Shown here: piece by piece, positions 24,722-36,100 of the stretch
Layout: each line of letters starts with the position of its first letter
Position numbering within the stretch: position 1 is the stretch's first letter
Origin: Psammoneis japonica
Lineage: Eukaryota
Assembly (NCBI GenBank): GCA_008632985.1
Contig: QPGO01000080.1
Coordinates: forward strand, 62,001-126,000
DNA: 64,000 nucleotides
Reading direction: 5' to 3'
The notes under the pieces: generated by a model
Database searches by the model: none
Seen by the model: the letters and a program-made list of their open reading frames with translations, nothing else
Told to the model about the DNA's origin: nothing
Program-made: the position numbers and the translations under genes

Positions 24722-25564
24722 TTAAACAACGTCTTCAGAGGCTATAAACACGTCAGAAGAAGGAGTAAGCGGGCGATTGACAGGAGTTGGTCCACTGCCT
24801 CCTCGAGTTGGACCCGGCGTTGGTTCTGGCGTAGGTCCAGGCGTTGGTTCTGGGGTCGGTCCAGGCGTTGGTGCTGGAGTTGGGTCGACTGTAGGTCCAA
24901 GTGTCGGTTCTGGCGTAGGCAACGGAGTTGGTTCTGGAGTTGGTTCGATTGTAGGTCCAGGCGACGGTTCTGGCGTAGGGAACGGAGTTGGTTCTGGAGT
25001 TGGTTCGATTGTAGGTCCAGGCGACGGTTCTGGCGTAGGGAACGGAGTTGGTTCTGGAGTTGGTTCGATTGTAGGTCCAGGCGACGGTTCTGGCGTAGGT
25101 AACGGAGTTGGTTCTGGCGTAGGTCCAGGCGACGGTTCTGGCGTAGGTAACGGAGTTGGTTCTGGAGTTGGTTCGAGTAGGTCCAGGCGACGGTTCTGGC
25201 GTAGGTAACGGAGTTGGTTCTGGAGTTGGTTCTGGCGTAGGTCCAGGCGACGGTGCTGGAGTGGGCGCGGGGGTGGGGTTGGGAGTGGGGTTGGGAGTGG
25301 GCGACGGTGTTGGCGCGTCTGTCTTCTTTCCTTTTTTCCTTTTTTACCTTCCTGTAGAAATCTGTTCTTCTTCTTCTCGGATACGACCGGTTCTTGAACA
25401 TCGAAAGACGGCTCAATGATCAATTCGCCAAATGCGTTGTAGCTGACGACACTCCGTCCTCTCACCGAGTTGTAGGCATCGTACCCGTCGGAAGCCCATG
25501 CCGGGGCCTGAAGGAGTGATAGCACCAAAAGAGATTGCCAGGACGACAAGCACAAGAACTTCAT
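24722..25564 (-). CDS. Secreted Pro/Thr-rich repeat protein (PTPEPT/PSPGPT) with an RXL site and Lys-rich segment; cell-wall/EPS candidate
   Basis: Signal peptide [24 protein letters not shown], then [23 protein letters not shown] and ~60-bp tandem repeats. Two apparently compensating frameshifts at ~25340 and ~25175. Confidence 0.75.
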   Translation of the reverse strand: MKFLCLSSWQSLLVLSLLQAPAWASDGYDAYNSVRGRSVVSYNAFGELIIEPSFDVQEPVVSEKKKNRFLQEGKKGKKERRQTRQHRRPLPTPLPTPPPRPLQHRRLDLRQNQLQNQLRYLRQNRRLDLLEPTPEPTPLPTPEPSPGPTPEPTPLPTPEPSPGPTIEPTPEPTPFPTPEPSPGPTIEPTPEPTPFPTPEPSPGPTIEPTPEPTPLPTPEPTLGPTVDPTPAPTPGPTPEPTPGPTPEPTPGPTRGGSGPTPVNRPLTPSSDVFIASEDVV

Positions 25565-26545
25565 GGCTCTTTTTTTCTTTGGTGCAATGGAAACAACGAA
25601 TTGTGAGAAGGAAGGTTGGAGCGGAGAAGTGCTTGTTGGCGGCACTGTGACTTCCCTCCACAAAAAAAAACGGCCATTTTTTCTATGAAATTGTTGTGAC
25701 TACCACAACGGCATCTTATGTAAGGTTCATACATTAGGATAAAATATTTTGTCATGATCCACAGTATATATTATGAATGTATATAGTGTTAAAGTATATA
25801 TGATAATGTCTATGTGAAGGATTTTCATAGTAAAAATTGTTGTTTAGACGTTTCACATAAATAGCAGGAAACCGTTTCGACAGGAATCAAAATTTTAAAT
25901 TTCATATGCTTATTCATTCATGAATACCATTGTAAAGAAACTGTTGTTGTATAAAACATATGAGTGGTTGAAGGAAAATTATCCACAAATCGCATAGGAA
26001 AAAGCCTCATGTGCTGTGCCACCACACATTTTTCCCGCCCGACCTCTAGACTACCGGTACCCACACGCCCCTATCCGTCCAGCAATGAATTCAAGCCATT
26101 CAATGGCAATACAGTAAATAGACTATTTGGTCAATCAATCAATAAGTAGAGATCGGTGCAACGAACGATAAGAGGTAGCGCCTATCAGCACACAAAATCT
26201 CCCGCGAATCACATGTGTGTGCGGAATGATAGAGAGACAAACACTAGGGCCAATATTGCTGACAAGACTAGTCTACGTCCTAGAGAGTAGAATACAATGA
26301 GCACAATATTTTGGTAAACAATAGGTCAAATAAACTTTAACGTTGCCTTATGAACATAATTTTTTACTTTTGAATTATAACAAAACGTCTTCCTTCTGCA
26401 CTATCCAAGACTGCTTCTCCATATTCCACTGAACCTCAGACAGATTATTTCGAGAGTAAAAGAAGGAGCATACGCAATACTTCCGAGTTGTGCCGTTGCA
26501 AGATGATGCCTCCGCACGCATTTCTTCACGACACTGGGCATATTC

Positions 26546-27247
26546 CTACTCATTCCACTGCTCGGAGCGACGATTCTCTTCACCGTTAGCGGTATACTTT
26601 GGCTCTGAGCGACGATTCCATTCACCGTCAGCGGTATGCATGATCGCCTCACTGACGACACCGATGTACGTATGATCAAAGTCATCACTTGCTTTGAACC
26701 CGTCGCTGTTTTCATCAAAGTCAGCACTTGCTTTGAACCCGTCGCTTTTTTCATCAAAGTCAGCACTTTGGTCGCTGCTGTCACTTTCGCGGCGACCTCG
26801 GTCGCTACTTGGATGTCGGGGACGTCCCGAAGATGGACTTGGACGAGAACGTGTAGGCGCACGAGTTGGTTCTGGTGTTGGTCCCGGCGTTGGTCCTGGC
26901 GTTGGTCCCGGCGTTGGTCCGGGTGTGGGTCCTGGCGTTGGTCCCGGCGTTGGTGCAGCTGTATCTTTCTTCCCTGCCTTTTTCCCGTTTTCCTTCTTCC
27001 CTTCCTTCTTCCCTGCCTTCTTGCCATTTTCTTGCATGCGCCTTTTCTCGTTATATTTTCTTGGAACTTCCCTGCTCGGTGGTAGCTCTTCTTCTTCGTC
27101 CTCAGTGTGTGTATCGACGATCAACTCTCCGAACGCATTGTAGTCAACGACGCCTTTCACCAGTTCTCGTCTCTCCTCAAAAGGTGACGCCTGCAGGAGT
27201 GGCAAGAGAAGAAGAGAGGCCAATTGAGAGCACCGCAAGAGCTTCAT
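26546..27247 (-). CDS. Tandem paralog: secreted protein with RRMQ, (GKKx)n, (PTPG)n and an acidic Ser/Asp tail
   Basis: Signal peptide MKLLRCSQLASLLLLPLLQA, then [35 protein letters not shown] repeats and SADFDE repeats. Confidence 0.8.
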   Translation of the reverse strand: MKLLRCSQLASLLLLPLLQASPFEERRELVKGVVDYNAFGELIVDTHTEDEEEELPPSREVPRKYNEKRRMQENGKKAGKKEGKKENGKKAGKKDTAAPTPGPTPGPTPGPTPGPTPGPTPGPTPEPTRAPTRSRPSPSSGRPRHPSSDRGRRESDSSDQSADFDEKSDGFKASADFDENSDGFKASDDFDHTYIGVVSEAIMHTADGEWNRRSEPKYTANGEENRRSEQWNE

Positions 27248-28283
27248 GGTGTGGTGTATGTCTGATTGGATTGACGTTGGCAAACACACCGGTTGTGTGA
27301 GGTGTGTGATGTTGGGCGGAAGACTCGAGTTTTGGTTTTTGTTTGCTTTCACTCCAACCGCCAGTTTGAAAGTGCTTGAGCTGCTGCCGACCCAAGTAGA
27401 CACGATCTAATATATTATTGTCTGAATATATATATAAAGATCAAATAACGTTAAACCGTAATGAATAACTTTAGCTTTGAATATCATATAAGATTATAGT
27501 AGGAAACGAAAGACTGTGAAGATCCGTTGAAGTGTGGAATTAAAAATTTGAATTAAAAACTACTTAGTCAACGCAGCGTATCTTATATACCGTACAAGTT
27601 AGAGGATAGGATGAAAGATGGAAGATGATCCTTTCTTTTTTTGCTTGCGGATGTAGGTTACTGTATGCTGCTGAATGCTCGGATCTTTCTCTTCGATCTC
27701 TCTCTACGAAGCTATCATAAAGCGCTTTATTATGTTCCCCGTTTATCTCGTGCTACATGCACGTTCCAAGATAGAAAGCTTAGCGGATCCTTTTTTCCCT
27801 CTAGTAGGGCGTGCGCATATCATGCTGGTGTTTCGCAAGATCAGTCGATTGGTGTCGCTGTGATGTTTCTGTAGGACAATAATGATTTCGTCATGCAGGA
27901 GTTCTGAGCTCCCATTGTTGGTCGTCTCTCAAACGAAAACTCGACACCACCAACATACAATCGTGTCAAGAGCAAGATCATCCTCGAAGGACGGCTCGTC
28001 AAATTATTTTGAACAGCCCATGATTGGCAATCATTATTTGGATGATTAAGGTCATTTGGTAGCACAACTAAATAATAGTGGAACGACCGTGGGTAACGAC
28101 GAGAAAGGCCGTGACGGATTCTTGGGATACAAAATTTGGTTTGCAAGAAATGCCAAAGGGGACTACCAAAGAACGAGCGTTCATAGACACAATGAACAGC
28201 CGCCTGTGCCACAAAATCAAATAAAGACTCTAAATTTAGCTTTATTATAATGAAGTAGGACAGTCCGGTCGTGAGACTATTTA

Positions 28284-30842
28284 CTACCGCAACTTTGTAT
28301 TGGATTCTGTCTTACTGGCATTGAAGAATGCATCAAAGTCGTCAGCTTCGAACCGATTGCCAATCCCCAATGGCAGAGAATGATTCCATCCGCCATTACT
28401 TCTTGTCTTGATGATGCATGAGTCATTGCCGCACGTGGCAAACTGGTGAATGTCAAAGTCGTTGTCTTGATAGGCTTTCAAAATGGAGTCGAGTCTTTCA
28501 TCCGTCTCGCTTTTGTAAGCATTCACCATACTTCCAAGTGACTTGACAAAGTACTTTTCGTATGTACGATTCATGTTTTGTTCTGTTAGAATGTTGAGTG
28601 CAAATTCTGTTCCAGCCTTGGCTATTCTCTCAGCCTCCTCAGGGTGCGACTCTGCCCATTGGTACTGTTTGTGCAAATCACTCAGGTCGAGCTTGACGGG
28701 AACATAATGGACCCATGGTTCGATTTCATCAAAGAACCAATCCTTCATGGCTGTGACATGATGAAACAAGAGGCCGGGCATGGCAAGTTTTGTAATGGTT
28801 CCTAACCATGTCGTACCCCCGACGCCACCAAAATCAATGTGGTACTTGTACAGGGACATTTCGTCGCTTCCCATTCGATCCGCTGTCACGTACTTTGTGC
28901 CTGGATGCGATTCTTTGAATGGTTTGGATTTGGTGGATACAAATTTGCAGTCAATCCAAGGTATTCTCGTGTTGCCTCGCTGCCGTTGTGCATCCAACTC
29001 AGCTTCCAGTGACAGTACGACCCCGCGCCATCGAGGCCGGAGGGTATTCCATTTCTCTCGCAACAAACGATGCGCGCTTTCCAAGTCGATATCGTTTCGT
29101 TCTAGTACATCTTTCCCACCTTCGAGTTTATTGAACTTGGCAAAGACGACCGAAAACTTGTAATCAGTGCCCCTCCAAATAATTTGAGGCTTTAGATTCT
29201 TCCATTCGAGAGCCGATGGATCCTTGGGTTGGGCAAGAGACGGCTTGCTTTTGTTGATAAACTTGCACTTTTGTCGACTCTGTAATCTCGGACCAGCCAA
29301 CCAATTGAACATGCACATTCCAAAGAAATGCAACGGAAAGGGTTGTAGAGAAGGCAACAGCTTGGGATCGCTTGGGACTGTGCCGTACGAGATAATGGGA
29401 GCAAATTTTGACGTTCCGCACCTTTCCGGATTGTTGACGCAGGCTGTCAAAATGGAATCATTGGTGGAAAACATAATCTGAAAAGGCGGGGAGCCTTTGG
29501 AGAATCGTGTCGGGAGGTTTGTTCGCAAGGCATGCACCAACATGGGAACAATAGTAGCACAACGACGACACCATGATGTTTGGTAGTCGGGAGATTGATG
29601 ATCTCTACCATTCCTGTCGATAACATTGTAGGTGTTGAAAGTATTCGACTCGCCGTCAAAAACCAAGAGGTGAAGAGGATGACCTGAAAAGTGCGGAACC
29701 GTCCTGTAAATGTCTGGCTGCGAATAACGCGATACGGCTTTTACCTTTTTCAGCTTGTTTGCGCCTTTCACGTCGCTCGTAGCAGCTGCCTCCTTCCGTC
29801 CTTTATTATCGTGTTTCTTGGGAGACTTCTTTCTTGTAGCGCGAAAGTTTGTTGTATTAAGTTGAAGAGCTGTCGGATCGGATTCTGGACACTGAAAGCG
29901 AATGAACGTAAGGTCGGAACTGCAATAAGCACAATCGGTATTGTCATTTCGGTCAGTCAAAGCATATCCCAGTGTGAGCAGGTGCTCAAGTAAATTCTCT
30001 AGTATTCGTCCTGCTTGTTTCGTGTTGTTGGGGTAATGGAGTCTTGTGACAAGTTGCATGGGTTGCACGTTGTTAGAATCCGACAACGATTGAAGCAACG
30101 GCAGCTCGTATCCATTCAAATTCAGTATAAGCAAATCAATACGATCATGTCCCAATTCTTTGGTAATAGCATCCAATGTCAAGGCCTGTGTTGACATCTT
30201 TTCTCCTAAACATTTTGAATGATGTACAAGGAGTCGCCCTTTGCTACCGCGTCTCTCTATACTCTTTGTACCATTGGCGTTTTTGGAGCAGCTGAAAACA
30301 TGGACTTCACATGGCGTCTTGTCCAAGAGGCTCGACTCTAATCTTAAATTGGTAGAGTTCTTGCTGTTTCTGTAGGCATAATAAACTATACACTTTTCCT
30401 TGAGAGCCTTGACGCCACAAATACGCCTACCGTGTTGGTCACGGCCTTTTCCACAACTTCCGCCGAGGCATGTTTCGTCGTTGCATGCAGCGACTGGCTG
30501 AAACGCCACAAAATTGTCTTGTGGTCTCTGCAATTTCACTTCTTTCAAATCCATAGAAACCAACGACTGTAGCAAAGTGTTTACTTTGGAAGCAACGGCG
30601 GTCAGCGGCAAGTCCAAGTAGCTCGCGAACGGGTTTTGTCGGCATGGTGGTCGCCCTAGTAGCGCCCCTTTTACGTCGTTTCTTCGTTTTATTTGCACAG
30701 CTCCATCCTTGTAGTTCTTTGCGGTCACTTGTTCTGACACGACATTAGCGTGCTTTGTAATGTGAAAGTCAACGTAAAGACTGAACAAAGTCAGCGTCAT
30801 GACCAAGGCCACGAACGACACACATTTTCCAATGTAAATCAT
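28284..30842 (-). CDS. Type II membrane fusion of a Methyltransf_22/METTL24-like domain and a GT90 (CAP10/POGLUT-like) glycosyltransferase
   Basis: TM segment after Met 30842. MTase-like CIVY..CEVHVF..TLDAITKELGHDRIDLL. GT90-like IIWRG, YKYHIDFGGVGGTTW, KLAMPGLL and PWVHYVPV. Confidence 0.75.
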   Translation of the reverse strand: MIYIGKCVSFVALVMTLTLFSLYVDFHITKHANVVSEQVTAKNYKDGAVQIKRRNDVKGALLGRPPCRQNPFASYLDLPLTAVASKVNTLLQSLVSMDLKEVKLQRPQDNFVAFQPVAACNDETCLGGSCGKGRDQHGRRICGVKALKEKCIVYYAYRNSKNSTNLRLESSLLDKTPCEVHVFSCSKNANGTKSIERRGSKGRLLVHHSKCLGEKMSTQALTLDAITKELGHDRIDLLILNLNGYELPLLQSLSDSNNVQPMQLVTRLHYPNNTKQAGRILENLLEHLLTLGYALTDRNDNTDCAYCSSDLTFIRFQCPESDPTALQLNTTNFRATRKKSPKKHDNKGRKEAAATSDVKGANKLKKVKAVSRYSQPDIYRTVPHFSGHPLHLLVFDGESNTFNTYNVIDRNGRDHQSPDYQTSWCRRCATIVPMLVHALRTNLPTRFSKGSPPFQIMFSTNDSILTACVNNPERCGTSKFAPIISYGTVPSDPKLLPSLQPFPLHFFGMCMFNWLAGPRLQSRQKCKFINKSKPSLAQPKDPSALEWKNLKPQIIWRGTDYKFSVVFAKFNKLEGGKDVLERNDIDLESAHRLLREKWNTLRPRWRGVVLSLEAELDAQRQRGNTRIPWIDCKFVSTKSKPFKESHPGTKYVTADRMGSDEMSLYKYHIDFGGVGGTTWLGTITKLAMPGLLFHHVTAMKDWFFDEIEPWVHYVPVKLDLSDLHKQYQWAESHPEEAERIAKAGTEFALNILTEQNMNRTYEKYFVKSLGSMVNAYKSETDERLDSILKAYQDNDFDIHQFATCGNDSCIIKTRSNGGWNHSLPLGIGNRFEADDFDAFFNASKTESNTKLR

Positions 30843-31920
30843 GCTGAGACTATGGCTTTCTCTCAAGCAAGGAAAGTATGTGTACTCTGGATTCCACGAA
30901 AGGTTCGAAACAAAAGAAACAAAGAGTGGAGGGACGTTCACGACGTGTTCTTCATGGTCGACGTCAGTTTGGTTGCCCTTAATGTGCATCCATTTTGGAA
31001 TTTCTTTCGGGACACAGAAAAAAGACAGGATCAAAATAGGAGAGTCACAGAGTCATCCTGAGGGTCATTCTTGCTCTAGAGAGGGACATTTCGACATTTT
31101 GGGCCAATTTGAAATTCGATTTTCTTGCATTTCTCTGATTTCTGATTGACTTGCTTGACTGTTGAATGAAGGAAGCTCCAAGTCCACACATTGACAGCGC
31201 TGCCCCTGTCTATGGTGTTGTTGATACTTAGAGCAACAGACACGACCGCTGGCCACAATTTGAGGGAAGCTAATGCTCACAACACCTCTAAATGATTCTG
31301 CATTTTGACTACGAGTAATCTGAGATTGGCGGTCATGTTGTTAAAGAAGGTGTATCTTTCTTCCCGTTTGACCAATATGATGGTTCAGGCATGTTGGCTG
31401 AGCATGCGTCACAAGACTACCAAGCTCTCGTCAAACGAGGCGACTATGGCTTGGAGACGTTGTACTTTGCTCGAGACGGCGACCTTGGCCACTTGGGATC
31501 GGACGGTTCTGCCAGACTTTTTTGCCATCATGTGGGCGACGGTTGATGACAAACAACCCGCCATGAGAAAAAGACTTTTAAGATCCTGCACTACGAGAAT
31601 TATGTTTCATTTATACCTTGACCTCATTGTTTGCAAGTGCCCTCTCTGCTGGAGCTCGTCCACTGTGAACCACCGCCCAGAACTCGTTTTCGCGCCTTGT
31701 GCTTCTTTGCATACATACATAGAGTCGGTCTTTGACTGACTTACTCCATATATCAACTCGCTCGTATTTTGAAGCAAAATGAACAATGCAGAGGGAATTT
31801 ATCGAGTCGGTCTTTGACTGACTTGCTCGCTGGGTACGTATATCTCAGCTCGCTCGAAAGCAAGAGGCGCGATGCAGAGGGGAACTCCTACCACCACCAT
31901 CCAGAAGTCGATTGTATTTA

Positions 31921-33060
31921 TTAAGATTTCAAGAGTTCTTTTGCCACTGCAGCTGTCACTTTGACATTGACGGCATTCCCAATGAGCTTGTATTGATGAT
32001 CAAGATCCATGGTTTCTGGGAATTGGAAATCGTTTGGAAAACACATTAGGTTGCAAATTTCCTTGGGTGAAAATCGACGAACTGGATGATTCTTGTAGTG
32101 CTCTACAAAATCGACATTGTCCCTTTCGTTCCAAATCTTGTCCATTGCAAGAAGGCTTCCGCTGGCTTCGTGGTAGAAACTTCCATAGGACCCTGTAAAG
32201 CAATGAGATATAGTGTCGGTCGGGAGTGCAAAGTGTAGACAGTGTCGAGCAAACGGTTTCTCAAAGACAGCGCTAGGAACTTGAAAGCTAGACACATTTT
32301 GGTCAGATTCCAAAAACTCAGACAATTGTAGTATTGTACTTGGTGGTTGTTTGGAGGAGGATTCCTTCCACAACGCGGTACCGTCGAGCAATAGTTGTAA
32401 TGTTTCGTTCATGTTTTCGTTTCGTGTATTCTGCTCGATAGGCCAACGATTGGATCTTTCACAAATCATGTAGTAACGTGTTCTGTGGTTGGGAATACCA
32501 AACATGGTAGGGCTCAACATGTATTCTTGCCATGTGTAGCCATTGTCGCGAAGCGATTCCTTCCATGCTTCCAACATGCGACTCGATGCAAATCCCTTGA
32601 CATTTTCCAATAGTATCCATTTCGGTCGATGCTTTGGAAGCAAATGGTTTGAAATGTGCTTGAATCCTGCACACCGGTTGTCGTCGATATCGAGATGCTT
32701 CGAATTTGGCTTTTTTGTGAATGGCTGACACGGCGGACTCATGGTCCACAGGTCTGCTGCATCTGGTACCGAATGTAACTGTTCAATTAACTTTGTCGTG
32801 ACTGAAGATCTTACTTTTTCTGAATCATGATTTAAACGATAAACCTCGTTGCAATGCAAGGAAATTTCGTATGCGTGACATTCTTCGACGCGACCAACAG
32901 CTTGCTCGACTCCATAACGCATCCCACCAATGCCACTAAAGAATTCAATCATTTGTAAACTCACAGCAATTTCCATGAGAAAAAAGAATAACATGGGGAT
33001 CAAAAGTGTCGGCATCCTTACAAAGTCACTACTAGAGGAATGAGCGGGGAATATGAACAT
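31921..33060 (-). CDS. DNMT2: DNMT2/TRDMT1-type C5-cytosine (tRNA) methyltransferase
   Basis: Motif I EFFSGIGG, IV SPPCQPF, VI LENVKGF, VIII PNHRTRYY, the DNMT2-type CFT motif (CFTGSYG), IX RRFSPKEI and X LIGNAVNV. Possible starts at 33060, 33015 and 32952. Confidence 0.9.
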   Translation of the reverse strand: MFIFPAHSSSSDFVRMPTLLIPMLFFFLMEIAVSLQMIEFFSGIGGMRYGVEQAVGRVEECHAYEISLHCNEVYRLNHDSEKVRSSVTTKLIEQLHSVPDAADLWTMSPPCQPFTKKPNSKHLDIDDNRCAGFKHISNHLLPKHRPKWILLENVKGFASSRMLEAWKESLRDNGYTWQEYMLSPTMFGIPNHRTRYYMICERSNRWPIEQNTRNENMNETLQLLLDGTALWKESSSKQPPSTILQLSEFLESDQNVSSFQVPSAVFEKPFARHCLHFALPTDTISHCFTGSYGSFYHEASGSLLAMDKIWNERDNVDFVEHYKNHPVRRFSPKEICNLMCFPNDFQFPETMDLDHQYKLIGNAVNVKVTAAVAKELLKS

Positions 33061-33129
33061 GAACTGTGATGGCAGTTCAAAATAGAAGGATCATCTCTCG
33101 TCTCTCCGCTCCGAACATCATCAGAATGC

Positions 33130-36100
33130 GATCATTGATGACTGCGACGTACGACAGACGACAATCTGGAATCGATCACATGTATGTCAATCACATGCCG
33201 CAATGAACAACGCGACGCATGTGTGCGATCCGCCACCATTGTGACCATTGTCTCACATGCGACTGCCAAGACAGCAGATGGTGTGACAACACAACTGCAA
33301 CGCCCGCCCAGCGATGACATTTGGCGGTTCCAGCGGTTTCACTGCTTGAGCTGAATCTCCCTCTCTGTCATTTCCTCACAATTTGGTGGTGTGACAGACC
33401 TTTTTCACGTCTTTGTCTTGTTGCCACATCACTTGCAGGGAGCTTTGGGAAAGCCAGCAGCACCACAATGTCTCTGGCCACAATGTGCAGCTGCACCCTT
33501 TGCATCCTCCCATTGCAGCTGGCTCCAGCACAGAAAGCCAACTCGACAATGCACGCCCTTCCTTGCTGCAGTCATTTCATCCCATGTGGCACACAGACAC
33601 GCCAGCCAGTTGTGGGCTTCATGTGCGCTTGTGACAGAAATGTTTTTGAGGCCCAGGTGCAAGACCCTTTGGGTGTTTAGACAAATCTGCCTTTTTGTTC
33701 GTGCAGTCTGCTCCAGGATGCAACTGCACGTTCTTTGCGGAGCGCCCCTCAGACTGCAAAAGAGAGCATTTGCACTCTTGCTCAATCTCACTGTTGCAAA
33801 TTGCCACCTGCTGCAAGTGTGTTTGGGAGAGAACCACCCAGCATGTTGGTGTTGTTCTGCCACCCCCCAATTTTGTCTGCCACAGAGAACAAACTCTTGC
33901 CACCACACTGGCAGCCAAGGGAACTTGTCAGCAGCAATGGCACAGGCTCAAAAGCACCAGCAGCAGAATTCAACACAACTGTGGTGAAAACACTCAGAAA
34001 CACACCTGCAGAGCTTGAAATGTGGTCATTGGTTGTCTCTTGCTTGTGTTCCTTACAATGGACCCAGCTGTGGCAGCTGCCATTGGCCATGTTGAGTGCT
34101 GGCAAGAGTCTGTGCAAAGTTGGGGCCCTGCACACTGCTCTCATCATCTGCTGCTTCAGGCTGCAACAAAAGGTGGTGAGATCTGTGGCCCAATCTCTGG
34201 GAGGAAAGGTCCCTCAGTCCATGCCAAAATTGCCAGCCAGACTGTTCATGCACAACACTCATGGCAGAGACCTGCCTTCTTTTGAGCTTGGACAAATGCA
34301 AAGTGGCTTGGGAGAGTTTCTTAATTTCTTTTCATCTTGCAATCTGTGAAATTGACCACTGTGGCACAATCATTCCCCTGGCAACCAACCACTCAAGTGG
34401 CCCACAGCATCTGAAGTCAGCAAGCAACAAGGAGCAGCTGCATTGTCACAGCCTGTGGCTGGACAACTTCTTGGTTGAGAGCACATTTTGGAGACTGGTG
34501 TTGCTGCTTTCTGCTTCAAACTCAAAGTGTGAATTTTTTCCATGCAAGTCCGAGCCTCCTTTTTTTTTGTGTTTTCTTGTCCCCTGTGAGCTCGTGTTTG
34601 AGAAGACCAGGACAAAGAGTTTCTTTTGTCTGCCAGTTCACAGGGCACAAAGTGGAAGCAGCAGAGTGTCTGTTGCACCAACAAGACATGGGCAATGTGA
34701 CCACATTTGCCAACCTCCTCTGTGGATCTCATGTGCAGCACACAGAGCATGAATTTTGTTCCATGAGGTGCAGAGCATGCCATTGTTGGTCTGTTGTTCT
34801 CTCTCTAGATTGCAGGAGGTGCTCCCAGCTGCAGCCCATTTGCAAAGAAACTTGAGCAGTGCTGTTGGAAATGCATGCTGCCACTCTTGAAATTGCTTTG
34901 GGCTGTTTGGTCATTGATCATTGGTGCTGTCTGGGTGCAGCGGGGTCACATCATTTTCATTGTCACTTTGGCAAAATTGATTGGTTGATCTTCAAGTGGT
35001 TGTTGCACCATGCATGACAAAATTGCACACATTGAGTGCAAGAAGAAATTTGCTCATTCTTTGCTCAAGGGAATGTCAAACAGTTGCAAGCATGCAATGA
35101 CAGGATGAAGCTGACATGCACTTGTCCCACCTTTGCCAGAGAGCACAGCATTGAGGTGCTGTTGCACATTGAAAATTGTCTCAGGAAAGCAGCTTGCCAG
35201 CTGCAATGCACCACTGGACTGGACTGGACTGGACTGGACTGGACTGGACTGGACTGGACTGGACTGGAGCTATTTGGCCATTTTGAGGATGTTGACAACA
35301 TTGAAGGAAAATGGTTGAACACACCCCAGGCAAGGAACAAGGGCCCCACACCTGAGCACTTTGATGAGGCCATGCAATTGTTTTGTTTGCATCATGTGAA
35401 GCCTGCCACAAAGCTCAAGATGCCACAAAACTTGTTTGTCTCCCCAATTGGTGCAAAAGCCTTGTTCAGTTGAAACTGCAGTGCATGTTGTGTGCTGTCC
35501 ATTTGGCTGGCACCACCCATTCTTTCTGAGCAAGAAATGAATCTCACATTTGAGTGGGCAAGCCACTTGTTGTGGATGCCATTGTGGACCTTCTCAAGCC
35601 TCTTTGGGAATGAGGAAGCACTGACTGATGGCAACAAGAGTGACCAAAAATGGAGCAATAGCATCGGCAGTGGTGGCAGCAATGGAAACACAGCAGCCAT
35701 TGCAAGCATGATGGTGGCAGCAGCTGAGGTGGAAAATGCAAGCAGTCCAGTCCCAACAATCTTTGTCTCCAGCACCACAGCACTTGGGCTCTGCTTTTGC
35801 AAGGCGCCAACATGCTGCAGTGACCCAAGGGAGCTGGGCCTTCCAAATCGCAGCAGCGGCAGACAAGAGTGCTGGAGCTCTGCAGCCAAGGTGGCTGTGG
35901 GAATATGGCAGATGCAGAGGCCAAGGATGTGGTGGAGGCAAGGATGCCTTGGCAGCCATGGCGGCGGCAAAGGAGGCACTGCCGTCACAGCCCTGGTCAT
36001 GGAGAATTAAAGAACAATTCATGGCACCAGCCAAGGTGGTGGCAACCAAGGCAGGAGTGGCCTGTGCACTGCTGCAATGATCAAACCTGCCAAGCCCAGG

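Noticed and set aside
24790..25260. CRISPR-like regular repeats
   Set aside because: These are coding Pro/Thr tandem repeats without unique spacers; the context is eukaryotic and there are no cas genes.
31305..31830. Short ORFs and a 21-bp direct repeat (gagtcggtctttgactgactt)
   Set aside because: No recognisable product and interrupted by stops; insufficient support.
31921..33060. Bacterial restriction-modification methylase, or the enzyme responsible for the hypermutation
   Set aside because: The CFT motif and overall layout indicate DNMT2. There is no partner nuclease, and cytosine chemistry does not explain A->G.
35213..35267. (ACTGG)n as a telomere-like or functional LDWTG repeat
   Set aside because: Simple slippage expansion inside a dead gag-like remnant; staying in frame is plausibly chance.
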